Source: Chrysomallon squamiferum
Lineage: Eukaryota; Animalia; Mollusca
Length of the DNA: 64,000 nucleotides
NCBI GenBank assembly: GCA_012295275.1
Contig: CM022668.1
Span: 9,796,001-9,860,000 of the forward strand
Direction of reading: 5' to 3'
Shown here: piece by piece, positions 18,368 through 33,632 of the stretch
Numbering within the stretch: the stretch's first letter is position 1
How the letters are laid out: each line of letters starts with the position of its first letter
Notes under the pieces: model-generated
Database searches by the model: none
Told to the model about the DNA's origin: nothing
Seen by the model: the letters and a program-made list of their open reading frames with translations, nothing else
Position numbers and translations under genes: made by a program

Positions 18368-19682
18368 CCCCATCACCTCCCCCCTCAGCAAACTGCCATC
18401 CCTGCACAAAACACGTTTACATCTTTTCACACGACCAAGCACACAGCTACAAAACACTGACACGAAATCTTCGTACTGACCATCGCAGAAAACGGTCGCA
18501 AGATTTCGGAAATCTCGCACGTTAATTCTTAATGGACTGAAGAGTACGTCACTCTCAATCAATTCCTGCTGCTCGGCTTGATTTTAAAATTGATTGATCC
18601 TTTTAAGGCAACATCAAAGAGAAATCAATCTGGTAAAATGGACTCCAGAGCATCTTGAAGCATTCTTCTGATTGTTTTATTGACTCGGACCATTCAGCGT
18701 GTGTTACCGCTCGTATGAACATAACTGATTGAGGCATTGTCATTGGATGAGATGTTAATGACTGAAAAACAATAGGGAATTTTATTTATGTACATAAAAA
18801 GGGAATTGTAATGATAAGGATAATGTTGATGACAGAGATGAAGTCATGACAATGATGACGATATGAAGTCATGACAATGATGACGATATGATAGCAATAA
18901 TAATAGTAATAATGATAATGTTAATAATGGAGCATGAGATATTGTATCAATTTATATTTTTACTTTCTATTTACTTTTTTGCCTTTTAAATACTTTTAAA
19001 ATGTTTTAGTTTATGTAATATGATAACAGTAATAATAATTGAAATAATTTAAGGGTTTTTTGACAAGATGTTACTAAGTTTTTGTATGAAAATGTATTAA
19101 TGATTTTTTTGTAAAACAGTTTTGAAGCATCTTAAAATCAAAATTTAAATTTGGCATATATAAATAAATAAGACCACAATTAAAAAAATAATGTTAAAGA
19201 ATTGTTTAAAATAAATGGAAAAATATCTGAAAATAACCAAAACCAAAACAACAATAAAATTAAATTAAAAAAAAAAAAAAAAAAAAAACCTCCAAAATAT
19301 CTAACAAACAAATAAAAAAAAAAAAAAAAAAAGAACAAAATCCAAAAAATAAATTAATATCCAAAAAAAAAAAAAATAAAAAAAAAAATTTAATTTTTTT
19401 TTTTTACTTTTATTTCCAAACCACTGACAAGTATTGATCTCGGATCGTGTCGCACCCCAGTGAACCCGTGAAAGCGAGGATAAGGGAAAGAGAGACTCAT
19501 TAATCGGATGAAGAGCTTACATTAGGTTAATTAACAAAAACGAGATTCACATTAACCGACACAGCAGACTTTGTGCGGTCTAATGGTCTGGGTATTAATG
19601 CTGGGTTCATGGATTTTATTTCGCTAAACAAATTGGTTAATTATCTTCTCCTAACCAGTGCTGTATTCTCCGTGGTAAATCG

Positions 19683-19705
19683 GTTACCATGGAAACCAAA
19701 CTGAT

Positions 19706-19739
<34 letters not shown>

Positions 19740-19775
19740 GTCTATCTTGTTTGTTGTACGGGTTGCCATGGAGTT
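19683..19775. promoter_or_regulatory. RFX X-box plus a half-site
   Basis: GTTACCATGGAAAC (19683-19696) and GTTGCCATGGAG (from 19762), at the end of a CpG- and TAAT-rich island (about 19420-19800). Confidence 0.5.
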
Positions 19776-19911
19776 TGGCACAATCATGTTGCGGTCAGTG
19801 TTGTAAATGATATTTCTGTGATATGACTGTATGAGCTGTATGCTAAAAACATATAAAAAAATATATATTTAGGAGATTATTATTATTATTCTTATTATTA
19901 TTATTATTATA

Positions 19912-19949
<38 letters not shown>

Positions 19950-20383
19950 AAACCTCCAAATTAATGATCACAATTAGTTAAATATTTCCAGTCTGCACAC
20001 AGTTATTTGTAAGCATAATTTTAGTTTGTATTTATTGTTACTAAAATACTTCAGAGTTAAAAGATAATTTATTCTTCAGTTAAGATTTATTTAAATCTAA
20101 GGTCATTAGATAAACACATTGTAACAGTTGTTGTCAGTTTGGGAACACTAGACTGGTACTCAAGAAATTAATTATTGTAATTCAGAACAGTTGATATCAG
20201 ACTGTAAACCACGGCTTTAAGAACTTAGTCTGGAAGCATCTTTTTCCAGTAGGCTGGAAAAATTAGAAATGTAGAGAGCGGGTATTTGCCATTATTGTTG
20301 AAATCCAGTTGTTTTGGCCTGATTATTGCTATTATTACTATTTATTATTATTATTTATTATTATTTATTATTATTATTTATTA

Positions 20384-20419
<36 letters not shown>

Positions 20420-20931
20420 ATTTTTGTTGTGGTAGTTACTAGAGTTATTTATTTCATTACTACTACTATTAATATTTATTATTATTATTATTATTTATTA
20501 ATTTATTTATTTATTTGTTATTTAGCCATTCGCATTTACCCAACCCATCATCATTATTTTTCGTACAGTTGAATTAATTGTAACTAATTAATAACAGTTA
20601 TTTCATAACTGTAGTTAATTCTTTATCATCCATTATACAACAATAGTTAACTCTTTATCAGCTAGCCTGTCATTTGATGTTGTTAATAATCACAGACATT
20701 TTGTAATTTTAACACTTTAACACCTCTTACACTAAACTTCATTATTATCACTGTTTATTTACTGCATTCGCTTGTACTTCATCTTTAAACGAAATTATTT
20801 TAACCCTTTATCAGTAACTTGTATTAGGACATCTTATTATTTGAGAAACAAAAACACACCTTAGTTTTTTTTTTAAGCCTTTGCTAGCAATATCTGTAAC
20901 TTTCAGTTATTTTAATTCTTTTATAATCAAG

Positions 20932-21012
<81 letters not shown>

Positions 21013-21447
21013 CAGAGTTAAGCCTTTACTAGCTAATGTAGGTGATTTCTTAAGTCTGATGAGTTTGCAATTTTTAAAATGAACAATTGATTGATGGTTT
21101 TTTTCATGATTGATTGATGCATGGATGGATGGATGGAAGGGATGAATAAAGACTTGTTGTAATATAGTTTTTATTATGATTATTATTATTATTATTATTA
21201 TTATTATGCTGTATTATAAAGAATCATTCTGTTTTGAAAACCAGTCACATTGATATTTCTTTATTATATGTATGAATGTATGTATGTAGGTATGTATGTA
21301 TGTATGTATGTATATATGTGTGTGTGTGTGTATGTGTGTGTGTGTGTCTGTTTTTCTATATATCTGTTCTCTCTTTGTCTTGCTTTAAAGAAACTTGCTC
21401 TTTAATATTTAAAGCTTTTAACACACTGTTTTAAACAATAATACGTA

Positions 21448-21487
<40 letters not shown>

Positions 21488-21519
21488 TATATGTGCATAT
21501 ATGTATGTGTATGTGTGTA

Positions 21520-21566
<47 letters not shown>

Positions 21567-21588
21567 ATGTATACTTCTGTATTTACAG

Positions 21589-21633
21589 AGCTGTGGAGGT
21601 TTGGAAGCATTTTTGCTGGGAATCTACAATCTG
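21589..21633 (+). CDS. HYCC1: Hyccin exon 3: SCGGLEAFLLGIYNL
   Basis: atttacag acceptor, CTG|gtgagt donor; 45 nt, phase 0/0; matches human SSGCIEALLLGVYNL. Confidence 0.95.
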
Positions 21634-22791
21634 GTGAGTTGAATTGTTTATAACTTAAACTTTTTATTACTGCCCTTGAGATCTTTTATAAACTAGACTT
21701 TACACAAACCTTTTTCATCTTGTTCAGAAGGTAAATATAATCACAGAACTGAAATTTCAAAAATTAAAGTTATATGACAGAAATTAGTAAATTTTCTCTT
21801 TCATTCATCTTCAGTTAAAGAACGTCTGATTTTATAAATTTATTTAATTTGTGTGTGAATAAAAAAAGACTGGAATGAAGTCTAGTTTGTATTATACTCT
21901 AGTACATACAGAAACTATGTACCAGGCACATGTCTGTTTCTCTTGTGTTTATATCTGACAGAAACATTTTTAATTTTTTTTTAGACAATTTCTTTCTTAC
22001 ATTTTGTCTTATTTGTTCAAAGTGCAGTTCCAAGAAAAACCCATCTACATTCATTTTATTTTTGGAACTGCCACCGTAATTTTGAAATTTATTTTGTAAT
22101 TAATACAAATGAAATTCATTTATTAACTGTTATTATAGAGCTTATAATAAAAAAAGGGGTAGTTTAAGAATAGTTACTGATGAAGGTAACCCCCACACCC
22201 CCTAAATAATACTGCAGCTCTTCCCCTTTACCTCTTACAAACACGTGCTGGTTAAAATTGAGTTATTTACTTGTGACTGTGAGTTGTGAGTGAGCTGTTG
22301 GTGAGTGTGAGTAATTTGGGTTTTGTAATACAGACAGTGTTGGTACGTATTCTTTACAATCTACTGTTATTTTTTTTGTTTCAAATTTGCTTTTATCAGA
22401 TCCTACATATGTAAATATTTATGTAAATTATATATCTAATATCTGTATCTACCTGTATGTTTATTTATTTATCTAGCTATTGTTTTGTTGTTTTTACAAT
22501 GAGGAATTAATTGTGTAGAATGGGAAGTAATCATTACAGCTTATTATGATCTTTAAAACAAAGATTTTTTAAGCTTAAATGTTTTACAAAAAAACCATTA
22601 TTTATTTATTTTTTTTTATTTTTCTTCTTCTTTGTATTAAAAACTGAATATTGTAAATTATTTACTACAATATTTGTTGTTTATTACTTGATTTGTTATG
22701 TATAAACATCTAGAAAACAAACATCACATAATTCAAACTAGTAAATAATTCACTGATATTAAATATGTATTTGTAGGTATGTGTGTGTGTG

Positions 22792-22823
<32 letters not shown>

Positions 22824-23373
22824 GCATGTGTGTGTGTGTACAAGGTATGTGTGTGTGTGTGTATGTGTGTGTGTGTGTGTGCATGTGTGTGTGTATACAC
22901 ACACAAAATTTAAAATAATGGACACAGAACAGATTTTCACTTCATTAACAAGATGCCATTGTACTAAATAACCGTAACCAGGCGAGACACAGAGACAAAG
23001 AGAGACAGAATGGGACACTTAACGACCTGAAGCCATTATCTACCTGCATGCACTTTAATTTTAAAGTCTAATTTCTCGTAAATGAGACCACTAATGGATG
23101 ATAATAGCCCACGTTAATATTGAAGATATTTACTCAAGGAAATATTGCCATGAAGTTTACAAGAAGGAGCACCTGTGATTCTCTTCATAAATTTGTCATC
23201 TGATCAATATTTTGTTTGACGACAGAACTAAATCTATTAGACTTAATGTTAGTAGTTAACGGTTCATGATGAAATATTTCAGAAAGCATTTTTAAGATAC
23301 GTTTTTATTATCATTTTTTAAAATTTATTGAAAAATCCATATCTCCATGAAGTGGATTGAAAAATATAATTGC

Positions 23374-23405
<32 letters not shown>

Positions 23406-24069
23406 AAAAAAGGAAAAAAGTTTGATGAAATAAAGAAATAAAATGAAATTACCACTGCTACTACTAGTTATTACAACTACTGTTAGTACTATTACCACCC
23501 TCTGTAATTTGTTATTTTCAACTAAAAATATTGTAATCCTTTAATATATACATTATTTTTTTTAATCATCATCATCATCATCATCAACAGTTACATTATT
23601 TATTAATTAGTTTTTTTTTTAAACACGAACTAATCAAATCAAACAGAAAAAAAAAAAAAAAAAAAAAAATTATATATATCTATCAATTAAAATTGTATCC
23701 CATCAGACATTTCCTGCTTGCTTAGATGTCAACTAATTATTCTGTGATGCCTAATTTGTTTAGTTTCTCTTTTCACTCTCTTGGTGTGTGAAGCAAATTC
23801 ATGTCTATTGATGTATGAAACGTCTGAGCCTCAGTTGCACTCACAGAGTCATTTGAAAATTCGTCGTCTTCACAGGTTTCCGGTTATTTGATTATTTAAC
23901 GAAGATTCTTTTCAGAAGTCCACAGCTCTCTGGTTTTAACAGTCGAGTAAATGCCGCCATTCTCGTACAGATTACTGGCTTCAGTAATTGTTAGTTTTCT
24001 TACTTAGGTTCTTTCCACAATGATGAAGGAGACAGAGAGAGAAAGAAAGAAAGCTAAGATGAATTTGTT

Positions 24070-24341
<272 letters not shown>

Positions 24342-25229
24342 GACTAATAAAGTGAAAAAGCATGAGAGACAGAACAACTGAGACAGAAAGATAGAGAGAA
24401 AAAAAATGCAGAGAGATGAAAAAAAATGTGATTTCAAATCCAAGGAGTGCTTACTGTTTAAATAATTTATGTGTTGTGATATTTGTTTTATTTCAGGACA
24501 AGATTAAAAGTTTAATTTTCTGTGCTATTTTGGTACTGATTCATTTCTTTACATACATTTTTGGTATTTTTGGTTTTTAATTCATCTCAAAATAACTTAT
24601 AAGTAACTAAAAAAAAAAAAATTTAACAAAAAATATGAATAGATTTGTATTTATATCTCAGTCTAGTTAACATGCTGTTTCTCTAATAATAACAACACCA
24701 ACCACAACAATAATAATAATAATAAGAAAAAAAAGAAAAAAAAAAAACAAAGTAAATAATAAAAATACAAATTGAATATTATATTAATAAATAACATAAC
24801 AAGATATATATGTACAAAAGAGCTAAAGATAGTTAAATAAATTTAGAACAAAGATTAGTATTATATATTTTTTATAATTTAGAATAAAATAAATTAAAAA
24901 TTAAAAAGAAAAGAAGTATTAAATAAAATTAAGATATAAATGTAACATCAAGTTGTTGTTATTTTCTTTCTTTCTTTATATATATAAAAAAAAAATATAT
25001 ATATATATATATAATAATTTTAAAAAGAAAAAATAGAAAGAAAAATAATTATTTAATAATACATTTTTCAGCCACAACAGGCATTAACCAAAATTAAAAA
25101 GTATTTGATAATATAAAAAATCAAAATTAATTAATAATTTGAAAAATAAGAAAGAAAATGTATTTAATATTATAAAAAATAAAAAAAAAAAAGTTAAATA
25201 AAAAATAAAAAAGAAAGAAAGAAGATATA

Positions 25230-25700
25230 TTTAATAATATAAAAGAGAAAAGTAGTTAATACTATAAAAAAGAAAAAGAAAAGTTATTTAATAATAAAAA
25301 AGAAAAATGAAAATGAAGTTAATAATATAAAAGAAAAATGAAAATGTATTTAATAACATAAAAGAAAAATGAAAATGTTTTTAATAAAATAGAAGAAAAA
25401 TGTAAAAATATTTTATAATACAAAAAAGAAATCTAATAATATAAAAGAAAAATGAAAATGTATTTAATCACATAAAGAAAAATGAAAATGTTTTTAATAA
25501 TATAAAAGAAAAAAGAAAGTTTAATACTATAAAAAGAAAGAAAAAAGATATTTAATAATATAAAAAAGAAAAGTTGTTAATAAGATAAAAATCATATTTA
25601 ACACTATATATATATATATATATAAGTATTTAATAATACACTAAAAAGAGAAAAAGATAAAGTATGTAATAATAAAAAGAAGTATTTAATAATGTATTAT
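25230..25700. repeat. Degenerate A-rich ~30-bp tandem repeat
   Basis: Recurring TTTAATAATATAAAAGAAAAATGAAAATG. Confidence 0.7.
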
Positions 25701-25746
25701 TATCGAGATGACAGTTATCTACAACTGTGATTTAATTATACAACTC

Positions 25747-25779
<33 letters not shown>

Positions 25780-25819
25780 CTTTTTTTAAAAAAAAAAAAA
25801 AAATAACAATGTCAAAACA

Positions 25820-26360
25820 ATTAACGGCTCCACTCCTCGTATTGATTAAAATTTAAAAGTGGCATATCGCCATGGTGACGTAGTCTTGTATTCAATCAAT
25901 TTGTCACTGGCGGTGTATCCCCACAGCTCTCCTCTGGTCATGTGTCAGAACAGCAAACATGTCTGCCATCCTCGTCTTAAACACAGATCTCGCTTCTTTC
26001 GCCCAAATGGCCATTTTTATTACCTCGTTTTAAACTGTTCTTTGTTGCGTTGGTGGTGGTGATTGGTGAGATAATAATTTTTTGGGGTTCTTGAGGTAAG
26101 AAATTTGTTTTAATCAGGTTGTTTGGTTTTTGAGAGAAAAAAGATTTGGTCTCTTGGTGGTTGTAAATACGAGAAGATTTGTTCGCCTGTAGGTTGTTAC
26201 GAAATCGTGAAATGTTGTTTTTATTAGTAGTCGGAATGTAACGTCGTTGATATCTCGTTGTAGTTGCGACGTTTATTGTTGTTTCATTGTTACAAGATAT
26301 GTTTTGTTCATTTTAAATGCTACTAAGATGTGGTAATTATGTGTAAATAATTCAACGGTT
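25820..26360 (+). promoter_or_regulatory. CpG-rich, promoter-like island with a candidate non-coding first exon
   Basis: X-box-like ATCGCCATGGTGAC (25866-25879) overlapping TGACGT; YY1-like palindrome AAATGGCCATTT (26005-26016); strong donor GAG|GTAAGA (26093-26101); many CpGs at 26170-26272. Confidence 0.35.
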
Positions 26361-28403
26361 GTGAAATTAATTATTTGCAATTTCATGGCTGCCTGATGTA
26401 GAGGAATGTAGGAATAATGTATGATAGTCTAAATTCATCTGTTTCTTTGATTTTAATACGTGAAAATAACCTTGTGTGCTTAAATAAACACACACTCACA
26501 AACACACACACACACACACACACACACAGATTTTTGTTATCTTTTTGCTGTAATAAGAAAATCCAGTTATTATATCTTAACATACACACACACACACACA
26601 ATAATAATAATAAAAAAAATAATTAATGAATATTTGTATATTATTGTAACACTGTTTTCAACTCCATGAATATCTGTCAACTTAGATATTTTTTTACTTT
26701 CTGAATATCTATTTAAACTAAATATTCAATGATTTTTTATTCTGAATATCTTTTGACACAATGTTCAGAGATTTTATTTATTTATTTATTTTTATTTTTA
26801 TTTTTTTATAAATTTCTGAATATCTGTTGACAGACTATTCAATGATAGTGTTTTTTTATTCTATTCTCTGTGTTTTTATTGATTTTATTTACTTTCTCCA
26901 TATCTCTTCTCTGTATTCATTTCATTCTGTTTTTTTCAATATTTATTTTGTTACTGATTTTTTTTTTCTCTTTGTATATATATTTCCCTGTGTATTCATT
27001 GATTTCTGTAATGTTTATTGATTTATATTATATACATTTTGTACAATATTCTGTGTATTACATACATGTCTATTAAGTATTTTTGTTATTTACTTTGATC
27101 CTCCTGATAGATATATCTGTGTACACTGTGCTTTGTTTAAAGAGAAATAATTGTGTGTTTGACATCAGTATTTACATGATTAATACAATTAGTCAGTTAT
27201 GTGTGTAGAATTAGGAATCTTACATACATAAGAGTGTGTGTGTACAAATTCAGGTCTATATAAAAAAGAGAATGTTCTGAAAATAAATTAACCCGTAAAC
27301 GTGAATATTGTAGATACAAGTACTAATATCAAATTCATATTCTGAAAGTTGTATGTGGAGTATGAAACAGACATGTATGTGCACGCTTTCATCTGCAGAC
27401 ACACAAACACATTTACACACTTACATAATACACAAACACACGTACACTCAAAGACACTCACTTCACGTGTTTTTAATTCATAAAAAAAAAAATATATAAT
27501 AATTTTCTGACCTTATTATATGTCCAATGATTATAAGAATAAAAAATCAAGTATTTAATCTTTAAAATAAAAATAAATAAAAAATAAATATAATAATAAT
27601 AACAAATCAAATCAAATAAAAAAAAAAAATAAAAATAAAAGCAGATAATGCATTTACTGTCTATATTAGTATTATGGAAATTACAAAATAAAAGAAAGAC
27701 TGGTACATCTGAGTAGATTAAATTAATAAATAATAAAATAAAACGTCATTTGACATTCCACAACATTAAAACTTTGTCTAACAGTGTTACTACTTTGTAT
27801 CAGTAATGTTAATATAAAAAGTTAAAACATTGTTTCATTCTATTTTGTGTGATTCAGTAAGTTTAACCTTTTTACAATTTGTAAAACTAGGATTCACTGA
27901 GTTTTCTTGATTCATTAATTAAAACAATTATTTATTTATTACTGATTCATTATATGTTAAATTTTAATTATTACTTTATTTTGATGCTTTGCTTTTCATG
28001 TTCTTTCCCCTTAATATAACTAATATTACTACTACTATTACTGATGCTGTTTTTACTATTACTACTACTAATATTATTGTTACTACAACTAAGTATTACT
28101 GCTATTACTATTGTCATCATTATTTCATTACTATCATCATCATTATCTTTATCATTATTATTATTTACATTTGTTAAGGTTGTCATTTAATGAACTAAGC
28201 TACTACATATTTTTCATTTGTTTGATGCTACAGAGAGTTGAGATGTTTTACCTGACACAAGATTTAAAAGTAAAACTTCATTCAACTCTGCCATTAGCTG
28301 ATTACTTAGACAAACTTTGTCCTCACAGAATTTTCTTTGATCTCTTAATAACATCAAATGTGTCACCTTGGATGAAAATCTATTTTCATTATTATTATTA
28401 TTA

Positions 28404-28442
<39 letters not shown>

Positions 28443-29139
28443 GGTATTATTTATTTTTTTATAATTCACTTTCTGCTTCTGTTGCTGCTACTACTATTAT
28501 TACTAGCACTACCACTACTACTACTACTACTACTACAACTAATACTACCACCACCACTACACCCACCCACCATTATTATAACCACTGACATCATCATTAT
28601 TATCATCGTTATTATTAATGACATCATTTTTTTTTTTTTTTTTTTTATTTTATTTTTAAATGAATTTTTTATTATTTCTGTCATCCCATTCATCACTGTT
28701 ATCATGATTCGGGTGTCCACTTGGGAAATAACGTATGCATATCTGTGTTTTCCTACAATACGTTTTGAAAAGGTCAAAAACTTAGTGCACACTTAGGAAC
28801 ACAACACAGGCATGATTAAGTTTCTGGTAGACGCATTGTGTTGGACACCCTATAACATGACATACTTGAGATGTGATTAGTCAGTATTGATCAGAGACAG
28901 TTGACTGGGTGTGTTAGGTAACACTGTACATTGTTACTCTCAGAGTATGTCAGGTTTAATATCTACATATTTATCACCTACTCCCATCACAGATTTGTTG
29001 ATATTACATATGTGGCAGTAATTGCTTTTTAACGATTTTCTTTGTCCATTTTTTTTTCTTTTTTTTTAAATTTTTCCGAATTATTGTTAAGAATTATTAT
29101 TGTAATTATTGTTTTGTTATTATTGTTGTTATTGTATTA

Positions 29140-29485
29140 TTATTATCATCAATTCATTATCATTATTATTAGTAGTAATTTTTATTATAGTTTGATTTTT
29201 TTTTTTTGTCAGTACGTTTTTTATATCTTTATATTTTAAAATTCATAAAAACATCATTAGACAGTTATTATTAACAACAACATGACAAAGAAGAAGAAAC
29301 AGGTTTTAATTATAGTTTGATTTATTTTTTATTATAGTTTGATTTTTTTTTTTTGTCAGTACATATTTTATATCTTTATATTTTAAATATTCTGTTTATA
29401 AAAACAGCAATAACAACATCAGTAACAACAACAATAATAAGATCAATAATAACAATAACATGACAAAGAAGAAGAAACAGGTCTA
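29140..29485. repeat. Local direct duplication, period about 150-180 bp
   Basis: TTATTATAGTTTGATTTTTTTTTTTTGTCAGTAC...TATATCTTTATATTTTAAA and CATGACAAAGAAGAAGAAACAGG each occur twice. Confidence 0.75.
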
Positions 29486-31506
29486 ACTGTAATCATGATG
29501 ATATTAAATAATGACAATAATAGTAACAACAACAACGAAAATAATAATTAACTGCAAGGCCAGATGAGTCTTACAGTTGAGAAATGTGCAATTATTAAAA
29601 AAGGGGAGATAAGTGCAATGGAGGAATTATTAACCCAGATGACCCCTCGATAACCTGACATCTTCAAACTGGGTGGTGACCATTCAGATACATCATTTAG
29701 CAGTCTGTTCAGTTTTCAAACTGAGTCGCTCAGCAGTGAATCGATTTGTAAACAGTCTGCACAGCATGTACTCTGAGTCACTCACCTCACTGTCATCAGA
29801 CACTGACTCCCTGTACAGTTCCATACCCACCCACCCCCAGACTCACTCCACCCGTTTTCATACTTCCACCCCTACACTCCATTTCATAGTCACCCCACCC
29901 ATTTTCATACTTCCACCCCTACACTCCATTTTTACCTCCATCCCCACTTGTTTAATAGTTTCTCTTCCATTTCATTTTGTACTTGGTCCTGCTCATTCTA
30001 AACTCTCTCCCCACTCCCTTTTATACTGTCCCCATTCCCTCCTGTACTTTCACATCCACTCTTTTACTCTCTCCCAAATCCATTTCAGGGTTCCCCCCCT
30101 TCCCTTTCCATTTCATACTGACTCCCCCACTATTTCATACCTCCTCCCTATTCTGTTTTCTCCCCCACTTCATTTTATACATTTCCCCTTTCATCTTGCC
30201 ATCTTGCATGTTTAGAAGACATAAAATTGGTCCTTTGATTCGGTTTCATCATTGTTCACTAAAAGTTACTCATTTTGTTTTCATCATTTCTGTTTATTTA
30301 AAACAGCAAGTTGTTGCTTGTTGATTAGAATTACAGATTGTGGGGTAACAGGCTCCAGGATCAATCCTTATCAGTGTCCATTTTGGCTGCAAGCTGATAA
30401 AAAATTCTGCAATTATTTATTTACATTTAATTTTTTAATAAAAAAATAAATAATTACATTTTTATATATATATATATATTTTACTCAGTAGATTATTTAT
30501 TCCTATCTTTGAGGATTTCAGATCTCTGATAGTTGACATTTTTTCCATTCTAACCAGTGCTCTGTTTTGTGTATTGATAAATTTCTCATAAAAAGTCCCT
30601 TGCTGCTGGTTTATGAGCATAACTCATTTGTGTATCTTACCATCATTATATGCATAACCATGTATGTTAATAAAATAATGTTAAGTTAAGGTCATTTAAC
30701 ATTCATTTATTCCAAAATCGATTACAACGGTGCCTACAAAATACCATTCCACTTGTGTATGTGTGCTTTTTTTTTTTAAACCTCCTTTCTGTCTGGCACA
30801 GATGTCATCAGAACACTTGAGAAAATATCTCATTTAGCTAGAGGCTACTGCAGTCTTAATTCAGGCTGGTATTTCTCAAGTCCAGTTTAGTTTATCAGAT
30901 AAGTGAGCCTGGTACAGTCCATGTAGCTGTGTTGTGTTGTGTTCTTAGTGGCTTCCATGTTGGAGATCATTCCAGAATGGGATATTTCATTAATTTTTTA
31001 TTGTTCAGATTTTATTTTCATTTTTCTTTTTTTCTTTTTAAATTCTTTATTATTAATATATATATATATATAAAACAAACAAGAAAATAATGTCATTTTA
31101 TTTTTGTTTTTGTTTTTAATTTATTTATTTATTTATTTATTTATTTTTTAAATTTGAACTCTGTTAAACTAGTGTTTTGTTTATTTAATGCTTCTAGTGT
31201 TTTGTACGGAAGTTGACATCTCCAAGATTAACTTCACATTGCCCAGTTCACTGATTTGTGTGTTGTTTTTGTGTCAACTACAGGAGAAAATTGACTTCAT
31301 GAACTAAAACTGACAATTGAAATGACAATTGCCTGTTCACATGGAACATTTGTTAGTCAGTTCCTTACAAAAAGAGAAAGAAAAAAATAATTTAAAAAAG
31401 AAAAGGATGAAAGAAATAAGTAAAAGTGACAGAATTTAAATTCTATAAAACTGATGCTTTGAGCAAAGTTCACATATTTTATTTATTTATTTATTTTTTA
31501 ATTTAG

Positions 31507-31537
<31 letters not shown>

Positions 31538-31789
31538 TTAAATAAAAATTTCAGAATTATTTTTTTTTTGTTTGTTTCATTTTTATTTTTCTTCTTTTTT
31601 CTTTTCTTTTCTTTATTATTATGTTTTATTATTATTATTAAATGAAAGCATTAAAAAGTAAATATGGAATAAAACAAACAAGAAAAAGGTAAATGTATAT
31701 TCATGTAGATTTTTAAGTTCCTGTGAAAGAATTTATATAGTTTGGTCTGTTCTTTTTAATGAAACAATATAAAAAGTTTGTAAAAATGA

Positions 31790-32095
31790 ATATCATTTCA
31801 CATATATCTTACCTGTATAATTTTATATATATCTTACTTGTTTTTGTTTTTTTCAATATATCTTATCTCTATTGTTTTTCAAATTTCTTACCTGTATTGT
31901 CTTACATCTTTTTACCTGTATTGTTTTACCTATTTTTTGCATCTATTGTGTTACATATGTCTGACCTGCTTTATTTTACTTATTTCTTACCTGTATCATT
32001 TCACATATATTTCACCTGTATTGGTTTACATATTTTTTTACCTGCATAGTTTCACATATATCTCACCTATATATAATCTTACTTGTTTCATTTTA
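31790..32095. repeat. Degenerate ~28-30-bp tandem repeat
   Basis: Recurring TTCTTACCTGTATTGTTTTACATAT-like units. Confidence 0.7.
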
Positions 32096-32997
32096 CTGTT
32101 ATAAAAACTTCATTAATGTTAGTAGAAGTAACTGCAATAGACCCAACCCATAAAGTAACTTTTCTTCTACTAGTTTTGCAAATTTTTATTTTACTTATAA
32201 AAACAACATAACAAATTTAAAAGTGCATTTACTTTCTGTGAGGTAAATAACTTACCTGTATTGTGAGATTCATCTGCTCAGGGATTCTGAGCAGCTTACC
32301 TGATCGCCATGGAAATCTTTGTCCTTGTTACAACTCGATGAATCCATTATTTTAATCATCACCTTCTTTTGTTGCTTCTTTTTTTTTAATCATCAGCTTG
32401 GTGGACTTAAATTATCAGTGATGTTGGCTAATTGCTTAAAACTAATAATGTGTACAGACCTGATACAATCAATATCTGGTTAAAAAAAAATAAGTTGAAG
32501 ATTTCTCTTCATTTTTTTTTCTGTATCCAGTAATATTTGCTGTTTGAAAAGTTACGGTGTTTGAATTGTTATTGTTTGTTTGCGTATATAATTCATTTCT
32601 TCTTCGAACACATACGTTTAAATGTATTTTTTTTGAATTTTAATAATGAAAGTTTGTTTAAGATTTTAGAAAATTTCTCTCTCTGTGTCAGATAAATTCA
32701 TGTATTAGTAAGGCTTTTTTGATGTTTTTTTATTGTTAAATTTTTGTTTTTGTTTCTTTAGTAAATCCTAAAATACATCATTAAGAAACTTGATTATTTC
32801 ATTTATGAATACCACACAGAAATGTTGAAATTAGCAGTATTTACTTTAGTATGTTAGCAGCTTAAATTGATTTTTATTATTATTATTTATTATTATTATT
32901 TTATTTTGTTTTATTTATATTTAGTTTTGTATTTTAAAAATCAACTAATTTGTTTTATCTAAGACAACTGATATGGTCCAAGAATTCAACATTCTCT

Positions 32998-33632
32998 ATA
33001 GAACTCACATATATTTAAATAACTGTTTTAATACTCACAATAGAACTCACATTATTTAAATAACTTTTTTAATACTCACTACAGAACTCACATATATTTA
33101 AATAACTGTTTTAATACTCACTACAGAACTCACATATATTTAAATAACTGTTTTAATACTCACTACAGAACTCACATTATTTAAATAACTGTTTTAATAC
33201 TCACTACAGAACTCACATATATTTAAATAACTGTTTTAATACTCACAATAGAACTCACATTATTTAAATAACTGTTTTAATACTCACTACAGAACTCACA
33301 TATATTTAAATAACTGTTTTAATACTCACTACAGAACTCACATTATTTAAATAACTGTTTTAATACTCACTACAGAACTCACATTATTTAAATAACTGTT
33401 TTAATACTCACTACAGAACTCACATATTTTAAATAACTGTTTTAATACTCACTACAGAACTCACATTATTTAAATAACTGTTTCACTCTTCACTACAGAA
33501 CTCACATATATTTAAATAACTGTTTTAATACTCACTACAGAACTCACATTATTTAAGTAACTGTATTAATACTCACTCAAGAGCTCACATGTTATTTAGA
33601 TGGACTCTATTAATACTCACTAAAGAACTCAC
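32998..33632. repeat. 41/42-bp minisatellite, about 15 copies
   Basis: Unit ACAGAACTCACA(TATA/TTA)TTTAAATAACTGTTTTAATACTCACT, near-identical in the centre and decayed at the 3' edge. Confidence 0.95.

Noticed and set aside
18463-18508. Inverted repeat CGAAATCTT...AAGATTTCG as a second pre-miRNA
   Set aside because: Only 9+4 bp with an asymmetric internal loop, too short for a Drosha substrate, and I recognise no known mature sequence.
29673-30324. 180-aa and 115-aa Pro/His/Phe-rich ORFs
   Set aside because: They stay open because of the C/T-skewed low-complexity composition; no recognisable domain.
30500-30700. Possible SINE remnants here and at about 40820-40930
   Set aside because: Only a vague resemblance to gastropod SINE sequence; no A/B boxes or TSDs could be verified by eye.
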